61,658 bases of DNA, from positions 1 through 61,658 of IMG/VR virus record IMGVR_UViG_3300043640_000110; one strand, written 5' to 3'. Of the stretch, positions 20,113-30,748 are shown one piece after another (within the stretch, counting starts at the first letter, position 1; each line of letters starts with the position of its first letter). Source of the stretch: a virus. Its lineage: Duplodnaviria; Caudoviricetes. A model generated the notes under the pieces. It saw only the letters and a list, made by a program, of their open reading frames with translations. It searched no databases and was not told the origin of the DNA. The translations under genes were made by a program, and so were the position numbers.

Positions 20113-20478
20113 TTATTCTACCGCCTTTTTAAAAATGTCCATATCAACCCTCTCAATTCCCATCGCCCTAGCCAGTTCCGCAACTCTTCCTTCTGCAAAA
20201 ACATAGTAATGAGTCTTCCCTACGCGCTTGCTTAACTCTTCTTCCATGGTTGAAATTAAACCTCTGGTAGCCAGCGGATTATAAACAACCAATGGCTCGG
20301 CGTGGAATTGCATTTGCAAAACTATGAACCCAGCCATCACTGGCGTAGAGTCGTCTTCGGTGCCCTCAAATGCAGCTATAACCATGGCGAATCTGGGATC
20401 AGGCATGGGAATATTGCGATCGTCAAATTCTTTCTGTACTAGATACCATTCAGATACTTCCAGAACTCGATAGGTCAT
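20113..20478 (-). CDS. Putative GNAT-like virion assembly protein
   Basis: Sits between tail and ejection genes; GNAT-like pattern. Confidence 0.4.
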   Translation of the reverse strand: MTYRVLEVSEWYLVQKEFDDRNIPMPDPRFAMVIAAFEGTEDDSTPVMAGFIVLQMQFHAEPLVVYNPLATRGLISTMEEELSKRVGKTHYYVFAEGRVAELARAMGIERVDMDIFKKAVE

Positions 20479-20483
20479 ATTGA

Positions 20484-22469
20484 TTACACCGTTTCATAGG
20501 TCCCGTTTATTTCGATCTCATACACCAAGAGATTCGTATAGGGGAAGTTGACACCGATCCAAACTGTCATAGTTGAACCAGATAGCCTGCAAACTCCGGT
20601 CGCTGTAATTCCACCAGTAGTAACCCCAGCACTAAAAGACTGATTGCTGGTTACTGGAGCAAATGGCAAAGTGATTGTTGGATTAGAGCCATTAGAGGTA
20701 CCTTGGACGTAGGCTCGAAAATTACAAGTCTTACCGAATTGGCTATAAGCCCCACTTGCAGTAACCGAACTGAGATTGCTCGTGGTCGGAGTATAAGCAT
20801 CCCAAGCCCCAGGTCCAGGAAGATCCGGGAAAGTGGCAATACTGACAACCCCGGTAGCCGTGGTACTCATCAGGACACCTGTTGCCAATAGGGAAAGCGC
20901 TTGTTCTGCGCTAAGGCCAGCATCCGGAACTTGGGTGATATAGGTAGCAGTCGCAGGAGCACCACCACCCCCCCCTGCGGTAATACCTTGCCACGTCGTT
21001 CCATCCCAATACTCAAACACTCCGGTATCTGTTTCGTAATATTGATACCCGGCATCCGTCGCCCCAAGTACTGGCAAATCGGCAAACAGTCCCGCATGGA
21101 ATCCCACCATAAATAACCATGCAGTTCCGGAATTATAGTAAAGCGCCTGGATGTCAGTGGCGTAGTATTGAGATCCGATAGGATAATCAGCGGGAAGAAA
21201 CAGAGCTTGATCGGCCAGGGTTCCGGTTAAAATAACTCCCAAGGTTCCAATAGCAATCCAATCCGTTCCATCCCAATATTGCAAGGTGGTGGTATCAGAA
21301 GCGTAGAACTGGAATCCGTTATCCGGCAAACCTAAATCCGCTGGCCTATTCGCAGCGATATCGTACATCCAGGCGACAACCAGTACCCAATCCGTTCCAT
21401 CGTTTCGATAGAGCGAAAACCGATCTGACTCGTTATACAAAACCCCAATCGGGAAATCAGCCGGAGTGTAACCCGCCCGGTTGGCATGTGTGTCCCTGTA
21501 GGTAATTCCCAGAGCCCCATATCCCATCCAGACTGTTCCCGTCCAGTAGTAGGCAATAAACTGGTCGGTAGCATAAAAGATAAATCCAGCGTCCGGAACT
21601 CCTAAATCAATAGGCTCATCCGCAAACACGGCCTTCATGGTCCCGTCTACATAGATCCAATCCGTTCCATCGTTTCGGTACACTACAGTGCGATCTGTTT
21701 CAAAGAACATCGCCCCAATCGGGAAATCAGCGGGGAGGTAATTTATCAGCCGGTTCGCATGGGTATCGGCTAATAGAATTCCGATTTCGCCCTGGGCGAT
21801 CCATACCGTTCCATCCCAGCGATAGGTTGTGTTCTGATCGCTCGCATAAAACAAAAACCCAACATCGTCTGCCGTGAGATCGGTAGGCCGATTCGCGATC
21901 AGATCGTACATGATCCCTAAGGCGTATTGCCAAACCAGCCCAGCAGCCAAATACAAAACAGTGCGATCTGTTTCCCAGAACAACGTCCCAGGCTCATAAT
22001 CTTCAGCGTCATAATTTGCTACCCGGTTGGCATGCGTATCTTCCAAGGTGACCGCAATAGCTCCTTGCGGAAAATAAGCCTCTAGTCTCTGATCGAATCG
22101 ATACAATACACCAGCGCTATGGCTAGTAGGATCATTGGAAATACTTATCAGCGTTCCATCTCCTACGTTGGCGCTCTTATCGCTAAGCTTGGGGGCGCTG
22201 GTGTATTTTGGAACAAAAGCATACTGATTCGTCATCAGTTGCCCGGTGAGATTCGTCACGTTCAGCGCGGCTGGACCCGTGGATTGCAACATGGATTGCA
22301 AATTAGCCGGTGAAAAAGCAACCGATAACTGAGACTGGGTAACGGGCTTAGAGTCTACGACCGTGTTTAATTTAGCCTGCACCCCATACACGGCTTCGAA
22401 AGCGCGTCTTACCGCTAAGGCTACATTGGGGTCAGCTTTACCCTCTAAATTGGGGAACCAATTTGCCAT
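20484..22469 (-). CDS. Tail fibre with tandem W-D-G-T-x-W repeats
   Basis: Repeated DTHANR..F.ETDR..Y.WDGTDW units; C-terminal receptor-like domain. Confidence 0.7.
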   Translation of the reverse strand: MANWFPNLEGKADPNVALAVRRAFEAVYGVQAKLNTVVDSKPVTQSQLSVAFSPANLQSMLQSTGPAALNVTNLTGQLMTNQYAFVPKYTSAPKLSDKSANVGDGTLISISNDPTSHSAGVLYRFDQRLEAYFPQGAIAVTLEDTHANRVANYDAEDYEPGTLFWETDRTVLYLAAGLVWQYALGIMYDLIANRPTDLTADDVGFLFYASDQNTTYRWDGTVWIAQGEIGILLADTHANRLINYLPADFPIGAMFFETDRTVVYRNDGTDWIYVDGTMKAVFADEPIDLGVPDAGFIFYATDQFIAYYWTGTVWMGYGALGITYRDTHANRAGYTPADFPIGVLYNESDRFSLYRNDGTDWVLVVAWMYDIAANRPADLGLPDNGFQFYASDTTTLQYWDGTDWIAIGTLGVILTGTLADQALFLPADYPIGSQYYATDIQALYYNSGTAWLFMVGFHAGLFADLPVLGATDAGYQYYETDTGVFEYWDGTTWQGITAGGGGGAPATATYITQVPDAGLSAEQALSLLATGVLMSTTATGVVSIATFPDLPGPGAWDAYTPTTSNLSSVTASGAYSQFGKTCNFRAYVQGTSNGSNPTITLPFAPVTSNQSFSAGVTTGGITATGVCRLSGSTMTVWIGVNFPYTNLLVYEIEINGTYETV

Positions 22470-25400
22470 TAGATCTTCGCTCCGGATACACGGGAAACAT
22501 CACCGAACGGCATCTTGATTTCGAATACTTCCGACGCGCCAAAGGATTTAATTCCTACCTCACAATCTTTCAGGAACAATCGGATCGGCCCTCCCGTGAA
22601 TTGATAGGTCCAGGCTTTCCCTTTTAGCGGCCACGTGCCGCTAGCTAAAACCAAATCGGCATAGTAGAACTTTCGATACTGGGTGCCGGTTGGAGGAATA
22701 GTAAATGTTGCCGTGCTTCCGGCTTCCGTCGTGATGGTAAATGACGCTTCATTTCCAGCGATAACCGCAATGTAAAACCAACGCATCACGCCGAAGCCAT
22801 GTAGATCGTGAGTTGTCGGCTGTGTAATCCAGTAGTTTGTAAGCTCCGGCATGGGCTCATATACCCAATCGGTATCGGGAACGTCCCAGATTGCAGCATC
22901 CCCTAGAGGCTTAGTGCGAACCAGATGCGCGATAAATGGAGGCCTCCAGGAATAGGGAACGATCTCCTGGCCTCTATGGGTAGCTCGGATAGTGGTCTGC
23001 AACACTCCACCGTCTCCCTGGATCTGAACATCCACCGGCCCACCACTAGTATCCGCGCGCAAACGAACTCCCTGCATCCATTTCGCGCCAGGGTATCCGC
23101 AGTCCGTCCACTTGCCGGTGATCGCGGCATTCTCCGGGTAGGGATCGTAAATAAACGTGACCCGAAACAGCTGCCATTGATCGGCGTCTGTGGGATAGAC
23201 CCGCATCAGATGCGAGTTAAAAGGAATCAGTGGATAGGGCAGTAATTCTTGCCCGTTATTATTCACGGAGAGCGTATTGCCAGAATCGACACCACCGTCT
23301 TTCAGAATGGTTACCGTCCGCTCGATCCCTAACGTATCGGCCTCAATCAATACCGCGCGAATATATTTGGAATTCGGAATACCGCCATCATCCCAATCGG
23401 TCGCACGCTTTAGAGAGGTCTCTGGTTTATTTACAACCGAACATTCCCATTCATAAAATAAGGGAGTTGCGGTAGTGGAACTCCAAACGAAATCCAGGGC
23501 AATGTCACGCGCCAGCTGTCCTAAGCCGGTGAGCAAATCAAACGGGTTCTCCTGCCGGGTTGGAGTATTGAGGACGATCGGCGTAAGTAGGGTTGTGTAG
23601 TTGTTGAATCCTGGAGTAACCGTTATCGAAATAGATTTAGTATCCGCATCCAGATATAAATCCCCAAATAGTTTCCTGGTTCTGGGGTCTCCATAATCCA
23701 TGGACGCCGTTCGGAAATGTCCAGCGATTGCTGTCCCTGCGTCAGAAGTTCCGCCAAAGGTATAAACCTTTCCGTTATTACTGCACAAAAGAAGAGATGC
23801 AAGGCTCTCCCCTTCATCCCCATAATGAAGCTGTACTGGCTTGGCAAAGCTATCCGGCCACCATGCTTCTAGCACGGTGTCATAGGAAAGAGTTCTAAGA
23901 TTTCCTGCCGTGTCCTGGTAATCAAAAAACAACCAGGAGGCGGCCCAGGATAAACGCAATTTCTCCGTGACGGTAAAGTCTGGAGGAAGGAATCCATTTA
24001 CCGCAATTGCTGGTTGGTCGTCATGTGGAAACAGTGGCCGCAGATCTTTGAAGGTGATCGAAGTAGAACCGGAGCCAGCTGTCCAATAAATCCCATCGTC
24101 AGACAGGAACCATACTCTACCGCCTCCGACACAAATAGCCCAGGACGCAAATAGCCCACGATCGATAGCAAGCTCCTGCGAAACAATTGGATTATCAATA
24201 TCTCCGCTGGGGCGCAAGTCAAACCAGCGGGAAGTGGATGCAACCAGAGACCGGCCATCATACAGGACTCCATTCATGAGCGGGTCGGAGGGAGTAGTCA
24301 GCTCGACAAAATAATGCTCCGGCGCGGAGTCTGGATCATTTCCCTTGGTGAACCGGACAACTCCCGGCTGTCTGGGATCTCCCACGGCGAAATTGAAACC
24401 ATTAGACGGACCCCAGGCACAGGGTAATGGTTGCCCCAATAAGACCGGCTCATCGACGTAGAACGTCACACCAGCTTGAGAATTACCAGACTCTACTACC
24501 TGTAATCGAGTAGTTGAGGATGGCTGCCCGTAAAGCGTATAAACGATTCCATTGATCTTGATAGGCGTGCCCGGTGCCCAGGAAGTATTGAAAGTGTCTG
24601 TACCGCTGGTTCGAGTAACGCTGGTGCCTACGATCGTGCAAACTCCACTCCGGGGAATGTCGATACTCGGGAAGGGTAATAGGGTATCGATTTCCAGCGG
24701 GGGATTGGCCGCAATCGCTGTATCGGATTGAGTATCGATAAAAGGCCCCGTGCCGTTAGGGATCGTGCCTACATAATGCCAATCGGAAAGAGTTCCACCG
24801 AAGCGCTCAATATCAATCAAGTCCACCTGTGTATCAGTAGATGCGACGGTAGTTACGGATACGCTTCCCCGGCGCGGCAAAACGCCAGCTCTTGTAGCCG
24901 GTCCAGGCGTGGATCGTGCTCCCGTCAGAGAGGATCGATATCGATACCGGTAGAGGATTGGATTGCTATCCGGACCCTGATCCGGACCATAGGTACCTGC
25001 GTACAAGAAAGCAGCGATCTTTACTACCGTGGTAGTTGCAACAGTTAGACTGAATCTCCAGGCCTTCACGTTCGCCAGGGTGCGAGCCGTATCCGTTCCC
25101 ACCTGGATCAACTCAGAGGCGCGAAAGATTAATTCACTCCATTGAGACTGCCCGGTTCCAATTTGTTGACTGCTGGTTGCGCCAAGTCCAGGCTGGCCAC
25201 CAATTGAATTTGCTGGGACATTCAGATAATTCAGGTAATCTTTATACTTTCCCTTAGCCAAACCCTTATTGATCTCTTCGATAGTAGGAACCTTATCGAT
25301 ACTGGGAAACAATTTATTCCCTTTGAATTTTGTATCCAGGTTTTCTTTATCGTTTGTAATTAAACGCTGGATCGCAATGGCTCTTGCGTTCTCTACTGTG

Positions 25401-26674
25401 ACATTCCCATTCCCACCCAACGCAGCAGCAAAATCATTAGGGCGGAAGGCCTTGAAAAAATAGTTCTGGGTAAAGTCATTCGTCGCTGGATCAACATCGA
25501 ACATTACGCTTCCCTGAACTACATTGTCCAGATTGTCAATGTTGATGGAGATGTGGAAATAATCATCCGGCTGAATCGCGCGTGTACCGATTTTCGATAA
25601 ATCGTAGTTGGCCGTTCTGGTGATTGTTCCCGTTCCCTCATTGGTTAAGGTGCTCTGCAAAGATAGAGCTGTGATCGCATTTCCAGCCGCTTTGTTCGAA
25701 ACGGTATAGGCACGGAAGGAGGCAGGAATAACAATCGCATTTCCGGCTGCTTTGTTGGTAACGGTCGAAGCACGGAAGGAATAGGAACCATCCGGAGCTT
25801 GTGTTACCGACTGCACCCGTACAGACTCCCCAGCGATCACGACCATGGAGTTTCGCTGCAATCCAGTCCATGAACCAGTCGGCTGCACGCAACATGCGCC
25901 AGTGGTCCCAACATCATAAGAGATCGCCGCGATTGTGGTAGCCGCCAATGCAGGACGGACTTCTACCATTTCTACGTTTTCCGCTACAAGCGTGACCTCA
26001 ATCATCTCCCCCATAAAGGAGTAATCGACAGCGGCATTTACTGGAGCAATAGTTGCCCAGCCAGTTGTACTAGCATCGTAAACAATGCTTCCGATTGTCG
26101 TAGCAGCCGGAACACGAGTAGGGGTTGTGATAGCGCCAGCGTTTCCACCAGCAACATAGCCACTCCCGGCTCCGGCGTCGATCAAGGTATAGAGTGGCAA
26201 TCCCAGAGCAATTCCAGGGGCCGTTAAAGGGGCTTGTATTCCTGTCTGGTAATTAAGGCCGTCCACTCGAATCTTGCGAAGTTTCAGAGAATCGTAGACA
26301 TAACACCAAGAGTCTGGAGACTGTTCAGGACGCCACGGAACCATAGATAACGGACTGCCGGAATATCCTGTGTCGCGAACGGTAAACGCAGTAGTCCCGG
26401 AATAAAGCCCCGTCCCGGCTCCGATCAACCGAGTGAAGGGCTGAGGAGCAGTTGGAAGTGGATCGTTAAGACGTTTGATGGAATGAACAGAAAGAGCGGT
26501 CGCCGCTACGGTATTTACCTCTACCTGTCCAGCGCGAGGTTCTAGCCTGCCGACCTGATAAGAGCGAACGTTTTCCAGGATAGGAAATTTGTCCGCTGGC
26601 ATCAGATCGATAGGGTTGTTTAGATCGATCCCATTAACAACAAGGGGCTGAGACTTCCGCTCGAATTCTGGCAT
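22469..26674 (-). CDS. Large tail protein (nozzle/tail tubular B-like)
   Basis: 1401 aa, beta-rich; GIDLNNP..L..ENVR start; C-terminal D.GDP.TRK motif. Confidence 0.65.
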   Translation of the reverse strand: MPEFERKSQPLVVNGIDLNNPIDLMPADKFPILENVRSYQVGRLEPRAGQVEVNTVAATALSVHSIKRLNDPLPTAPQPFTRLIGAGTGLYSGTTAFTVRDTGYSGSPLSMVPWRPEQSPDSWCYVYDSLKLRKIRVDGLNYQTGIQAPLTAPGIALGLPLYTLIDAGAGSGYVAGGNAGAITTPTRVPAATTIGSIVYDASTTGWATIAPVNAAVDYSFMGEMIEVTLVAENVEMVEVRPALAATTIAAISYDVGTTGACCVQPTGSWTGLQRNSMVVIAGESVRVQSVTQAPDGSYSFRASTVTNKAAGNAIVIPASFRAYTVSNKAAGNAITALSLQSTLTNEGTGTITRTANYDLSKIGTRAIQPDDYFHISINIDNLDNVVQGSVMFDVDPATNDFTQNYFFKAFRPNDFAAALGGNGNVTVENARAIAIQRLITNDKENLDTKFKGNKLFPSIDKVPTIEEINKGLAKGKYKDYLNYLNVPANSIGGQPGLGATSSQQIGTGQSQWSELIFRASELIQVGTDTARTLANVKAWRFSLTVATTTVVKIAAFLYAGTYGPDQGPDSNPILYRYRYRSSLTGARSTPGPATRAGVLPRRGSVSVTTVASTDTQVDLIDIERFGGTLSDWHYVGTIPNGTGPFIDTQSDTAIAANPPLEIDTLLPFPSIDIPRSGVCTIVGTSVTRTSGTDTFNTSWAPGTPIKINGIVYTLYGQPSSTTRLQVVESGNSQAGVTFYVDEPVLLGQPLPCAWGPSNGFNFAVGDPRQPGVVRFTKGNDPDSAPEHYFVELTTPSDPLMNGVLYDGRSLVASTSRWFDLRPSGDIDNPIVSQELAIDRGLFASWAICVGGGRVWFLSDDGIYWTAGSGSTSITFKDLRPLFPHDDQPAIAVNGFLPPDFTVTEKLRLSWAASWLFFDYQDTAGNLRTLSYDTVLEAWWPDSFAKPVQLHYGDEGESLASLLLCSNNGKVYTFGGTSDAGTAIAGHFRTASMDYGDPRTRKLFGDLYLDADTKSISITVTPGFNNYTTLLTPIVLNTPTRQENPFDLLTGLGQLARDIALDFVWSSTTATPLFYEWECSVVNKPETSLKRATDWDDGGIPNSKYIRAVLIEADTLGIERTVTILKDGGVDSGNTLSVNNNGQELLPYPLIPFNSHLMRVYPTDADQWQLFRVTFIYDPYPENAAITGKWTDCGYPGAKWMQGVRLRADTSGGPVDVQIQGDGGVLQTTIRATHRGQEIVPYSWRPPFIAHLVRTKPLGDAAIWDVPDTDWVYEPMPELTNYWITQPTTHDLHGFGVMRWFYIAVIAGNEASFTITTEAGSTATFTIPPTGTQYRKFYYADLVLASGTWPLKGKAWTYQFTGGPIRLFLKDCEVGIKSFGASEVFEIKMPFGDVSRVSGAKI

Positions 26675-26698
26675 GAGATGTACCGGCGATGCGTGAAA

Positions 26699-28936
26699 TT
26701 ACGGACAAGTAGAGGGAGTGGTACCGTAGATAATCCCGAAATAAACGAATATAGAACAGGTTGAGCTGGCTTTTATAGTGCCGGTGAATCCACCGTGATC
26801 CGTTCCGCCAGCGCCCCCTACGGTAATGCCACCGGAGCCATCTTTCACAGAGATTCCTGGAGTTGTGAAGCGTCCCCCATTGGTCCCTACATTTTGAGTA
26901 ATGTTCCCGTTTATCACCCAATCGCCATCGTCGTTCATATAGGCCAAGACGGTATCTACCCCGCCGTTACGTTGAATAAATCCAAAGCGGTAACCAGATC
27001 CATTCCCGACATAAAGCTTTCCAGTATAGGGAGGAGAATCGCTTGTATAACCTCCACAGAGGAATCCGCCGCCGCCGCCTATGGTATCGCTCAGGAAGTC
27101 ACACGACTGCATATTGACCATGGAAATTCGGCCCGTCAGAGTGGGGCCAGCGCCGTTACCATAGATAGTTATTTTGTTGCCATTGGCTTGATCTTGAAAC
27201 ATCCCCTGACTTGGAAGGTCCGCCGAAAAATATTGGGTATAACTCATGATATTAGCGGTAAATTCCACCTCGAAGATTTCCCCATCGATATGGAATAGAA
27301 TCCCGTCCGAAACAGAACCAACACCACCACATACAATCGTGTTATTACGAATAGACGCACCAATAAGAGCCGAGGGAAACCAAAATACCTCAACCGCTGA
27401 ATCTGCCTGCGGAGCACACCCTATAGTGTTGTTTTCGATTGTCCAGGCCGAACCACAAATCTGTAAATTAGTTCCTAGCTCACCACCCGTAGCTCCCCAA
27501 TCGCCGATGAAATTTCCAACCACATGGACGTTGTAGGTATAACGCCGATCGTTACAGGCAATCGCTTTCGCTAGCCCGACGCCGGTACCCATTTCGAAGG
27601 CGTTTCCCTGGATAAACCATTCCCCACCCGGATCGGAAATATGGGCTATAGTGGCCGCTCCAGTGGAAGAACTGAAATGGTTATTCGTAATCGTCATCAC
27701 CTGGGAGAATGTCCCGCCAGTGGAAGCGTCGTAGCCCTGGATGCCGATATCGTATTCCTGAAGTGTATTATCCCGGAATACAAGTTCCTGGGCGCTGTCC
27801 AAGCGGAATACGATACTAAACCAAGCCCCTGTGTTATTAAGTGGATTGCAGAACCATCCAGTGCGCTCAATAATGCCAAACGCGGAGTTTCCGACCTCGC
27901 CGTTATATAGACCAAAATCAATCCCGATGCCGTGAAAAGTTGGGTTGGTAACTAGCACCATAAAATCGTGCATCCGGAAATTGGCTGTTCTTCGTGCATC
28001 GACAATCCGGTCTACATCGCCAGTGAATAGAATGCGAGTCGCGGAGGGTGCGCCGCCAGTGGGGCCGCCCTGGCCATAGATCTCACAAGTGCGGGTATCG
28101 TGAGCATCGATAGCAGTGTTGACAGTGAAGTCACCCTTAGGCATTTCGATCCGGCCACAGCGAACACCTAGGGCTACGATTGCCTCTTGTACGCTGGCGA
28201 ATAAATCTACCGCATCCCACCAGATCGCCTGCACCTCGTTACCAGCGTTGATAGTAACCAAGCCAGTTCCCTGGAAGATCTCATACGATCCCGCTGCAAT
28301 GGTTCCGTTAAAGGTAATGGTTTGGCCGGAATTGATAATCAAGCCGCCGCCCTGAGGGAACCAGAGAGAAGATGAAGCCGGAACGGTAAAAGAATTTACG
28401 ACACAAAAATTAGGGACCAGGATGGTTCTATTTTGCGCCAGGGCATTCGTAAAAGCCGTGGTGTCATTCGTAGTTCCGTCGCACTCCGCACCGTAGTCTT
28501 TAACGCTAAGAATGTCCACCAATTTTTCAGAGATCAAACGGGGAACTCCGGAAGTAGGCGCATCGAAATATGGATCGATGGTACTCATTGCGCCGAAGGA
28601 AAACGGCGGGCTAATCCCTGCATTGCTGAACTGGGTATCGTAGGTTCCGTCATCGACATAATAAAACCAATACCCGGAGACGGCTGAGGTAAAAGGATTT
28701 GCTTTCGAGGTCCCGTTGTTATCCGCGTAGATAGTCGCAAGGTTGGTTGTCCCTGGAAGGTAAACAGTCACCGTGCAAGATGGATAAGACCGCTGCACCC
28801 TGGTAGTCGAGGGAGGCTGAGCTGGAACGTTAACGGTTTGGTTGCCGTTCTCGCACCATCCTTGCATTTTGGTGCGGGCAAACGTAGGCAAGCTAATCGC
28901 GATCAATAAAATTGTTAATTTAAGCAGCTGGCGCAT
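26699..28936 (-). CDS. Tailspike/depolymerase-like beta-helix protein with predicted signal peptide
   Basis: TIYAD..ANPF N-domain, SVKDYGAECDGTTNDTTAF, parallel beta-helix repeats. Confidence 0.8.
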   Translation of the reverse strand: MRQLLKLTILLIAISLPTFARTKMQGWCENGNQTVNVPAQPPSTTRVQRSYPSCTVTVYLPGTTNLATIYADNNGTSKANPFTSAVSGYWFYYVDDGTYDTQFSNAGISPPFSFGAMSTIDPYFDAPTSGVPRLISEKLVDILSVKDYGAECDGTTNDTTAFTNALAQNRTILVPNFCVVNSFTVPASSSLWFPQGGGLIINSGQTITFNGTIAAGSYEIFQGTGLVTINAGNEVQAIWWDAVDLFASVQEAIVALGVRCGRIEMPKGDFTVNTAIDAHDTRTCEIYGQGGPTGGAPSATRILFTGDVDRIVDARRTANFRMHDFMVLVTNPTFHGIGIDFGLYNGEVGNSAFGIIERTGWFCNPLNNTGAWFSIVFRLDSAQELVFRDNTLQEYDIGIQGYDASTGGTFSQVMTITNNHFSSSTGAATIAHISDPGGEWFIQGNAFEMGTGVGLAKAIACNDRRYTYNVHVVGNFIGDWGATGGELGTNLQICGSAWTIENNTIGCAPQADSAVEVFWFPSALIGASIRNNTIVCGGVGSVSDGILFHIDGEIFEVEFTANIMSYTQYFSADLPSQGMFQDQANGNKITIYGNGAGPTLTGRISMVNMQSCDFLSDTIGGGGGFLCGGYTSDSPPYTGKLYVGNGSGYRFGFIQRNGGVDTVLAYMNDDGDWVINGNITQNVGTNGGRFTTPGISVKDGSGGITVGGAGGTDHGGFTGTIKASSTCSIFVYFGIIYGTTPSTCP

Positions 28937-30215
28937 TGGATTCCTCGTAAGCGGACTGGCCGAACAGAGGCGTCATATATCGCGCCTTGATAGCCAATAA
29001 AGAATTTCTCTGGGTTGCAGCGGACAGAAAGCGATCGTACAGCGGCATGGTTGCTACAAATTCTGAACCACCTATCTTGAAGCACAGAATATGACGAACA
29101 TAATCCATGAGATAGCTAATCTCTTCACGGCCTACCTGGATGTAATCGGCATCACTCGGGGGAAGGGGAGCCGAGCGAACCACATCGCAAGTAATCCCAA
29201 TAGTCTGGTTCGGGAGATTGGATAACGCCAAAATGTCATAGATACAGGCCGAGTAATTTGTTTCACCTGGGATATTGCGCCATGTGGGCCGCATCGCATC
29301 TAAGTTTGATAGCGTATCCAGTGGAATTGGTCTATCGTTCACCTGAACCCGGATTACCGATCGCATGGATTGGGAAATGGCAATGAGCTGCTGATACCGT
29401 TCCATGGAATACTTTGCCCGTAGGGGATCAAACCCCTCGTTCTGCGTCGAGAGAAGAGAAGACAGGGCAAGGTACTTGATCGCGAAGGCGAACTCATTTG
29501 GAACCTGAAATAAAGTTCCATCGGCTACAGCCATGGGAATAGTCTGTACGGCGATAAGTTCCAATGTCCCCGCTGCTAATGGGATTGGATAGAACTGAAT
29601 CTCAACAGGCCGGGTTTCCGCCATGGAATAGGCAAAAGGAATGCTTGGCTCCAGAGTCCATAACGGGTTCGCGGAGTCTTCAGACCATCCATCCTCCCGG
29701 CGAAGGGGATAAATAATCCCCGTGCTCTCGTCTCCCCAGGAAGCATGACCAATCAGCGCGATCTCATCCGGAAGAGCTGTACGTCCAGCCGGGGGTGAGG
29801 ATAGCGGAATCGGGCTGTTAATCGAATAGGGAAGCCTGGAATCTAAAACGAACTGGTTTCTGGAGCGTATTAACGCATTAACAAATTGATCTATCGAGAA
29901 CTGGGTGGTCATCCCAGCGCCAGAGACCCCGGAAGCGGGCTCTTGTAAGGCGTATTGGATTTCTTGGGTTAAAGTCCCTAGAGTATAAGTCCGCGCGCGG
30001 AGCCCAGGTAATTCAATGGAGAGATCGTAGTAAGGAATGGAATTTCCAGCACTGAAAGAACCACGTTCGCGCCAGTAGGAAGTGAGAGCGCCCCAGTAAA
30101 GGAGCGCTTCATTTAATGCGGAATCTACCTCAGCCCCACTCCAGTATGAACCGGCGCGCATGGATTGCAAGACTTCCGACTTGAATTGACTGCGCGTGTA
30201 TTGGGTGTAGGGCAT
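28920..30215 (-). CDS. Head-tail adaptor/tail tubular protein
   Basis: YWSGAEVDSALNEAL, IQFYPIP, VPNEF.FAIKY adaptor-like motifs. Confidence 0.6.
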   Translation of the reverse strand: MPYTQYTRSQFKSEVLQSMRAGSYWSGAEVDSALNEALLYWGALTSYWRERGSFSAGNSIPYYDLSIELPGLRARTYTLGTLTQEIQYALQEPASGVSGAGMTTQFSIDQFVNALIRSRNQFVLDSRLPYSINSPIPLSSPPAGRTALPDEIALIGHASWGDESTGIIYPLRREDGWSEDSANPLWTLEPSIPFAYSMAETRPVEIQFYPIPLAAGTLELIAVQTIPMAVADGTLFQVPNEFAFAIKYLALSSLLSTQNEGFDPLRAKYSMERYQQLIAISQSMRSVIRVQVNDRPIPLDTLSNLDAMRPTWRNIPGETNYSACIYDILALSNLPNQTIGITCDVVRSAPLPPSDADYIQVGREEISYLMDYVRHILCFKIGGSEFVATMPLYDRFLSAATQRNSLLAIKARYMTPLFGQSAYEESNAPAA

Positions 30216-30353
30216 GACATTTGGATTCTTTTTAGGGGCCACTAAGGACGGCTTGACACTATTGCCAGTCTGGAAATCTTGTACTGGCTCCCGGTCTTAG
30301 TTGTTACCGTGTCAACTCGGCACCCTGGGGAGTTTAAATTAAACCGTCGCGGG

Positions 30354-30563
30354 TTACGGCTTTTTCCACTCCCCTTTCTTTCCGGGACCTTCGATTGTCC
30401 CGCTTGTCGTCATAGAACCGCGTCCACCACCCGGAGAATCCTTATCGAAAGTATTGCTATAAGAATGAGTTCCCGGAGTGTTCTGGCGGTCTACATTTTC
30501 GGAACACATGGGGGTCTTGATCTGACCAACGGTTGTTCCTTCTTCACCTGGATTACGCGGCAT
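30354..30563 (-). CDS. Small hypothetical protein
   Basis: GGAGG RBS. Confidence 0.55.
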   Translation of the reverse strand: MPRNPGEEGTTVGQIKTPMCSENVDRQNTPGTHSYSNTFDKDSPGGGRGSMTTSGTIEGPGKKGEWKKP

Positions 30564-30743
30564 TTAGAGCCTCCTTGGCTTGGACCTGATAATGTTTTCT
30601 TCGAACCACTCATACATTAGATTAAGTCGAGCGTCGATTTTTTCCAAACGTTTAATATTTTGGATATGAGCAGCATAAAAACCGACGAACAACCCAGCAG
30701 CCGTTAGGATGTTGCCTAGGTTTACGGTTAAATCGAATTTCAC
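30564..30743 (-). CDS. Small membrane protein (holin/hemolysin-like)
   Basis: GTG start; TM segment then coiled segment. Confidence 0.45.
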   Translation of the reverse strand: MKFDLTVNLGNILTAAGLFVGFYAAHIQNIKRLEKIDARLNLMYEWFEENIIRSKPRRL

Positions 30744-30748
30744 TATAG

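Noticed and set aside
20484-22469. Diversity-generating retroelement or CRISPR array
   Set aside because: Repeats are in-frame protein repeats; no reverse transcriptase and no repeat-spacer array seen anywhere.
25674-25780. 60-bp tandem duplication in the tail gene
   Set aside because: Ordinary protein repeat (SFRA.TV.NKAAGNAI).
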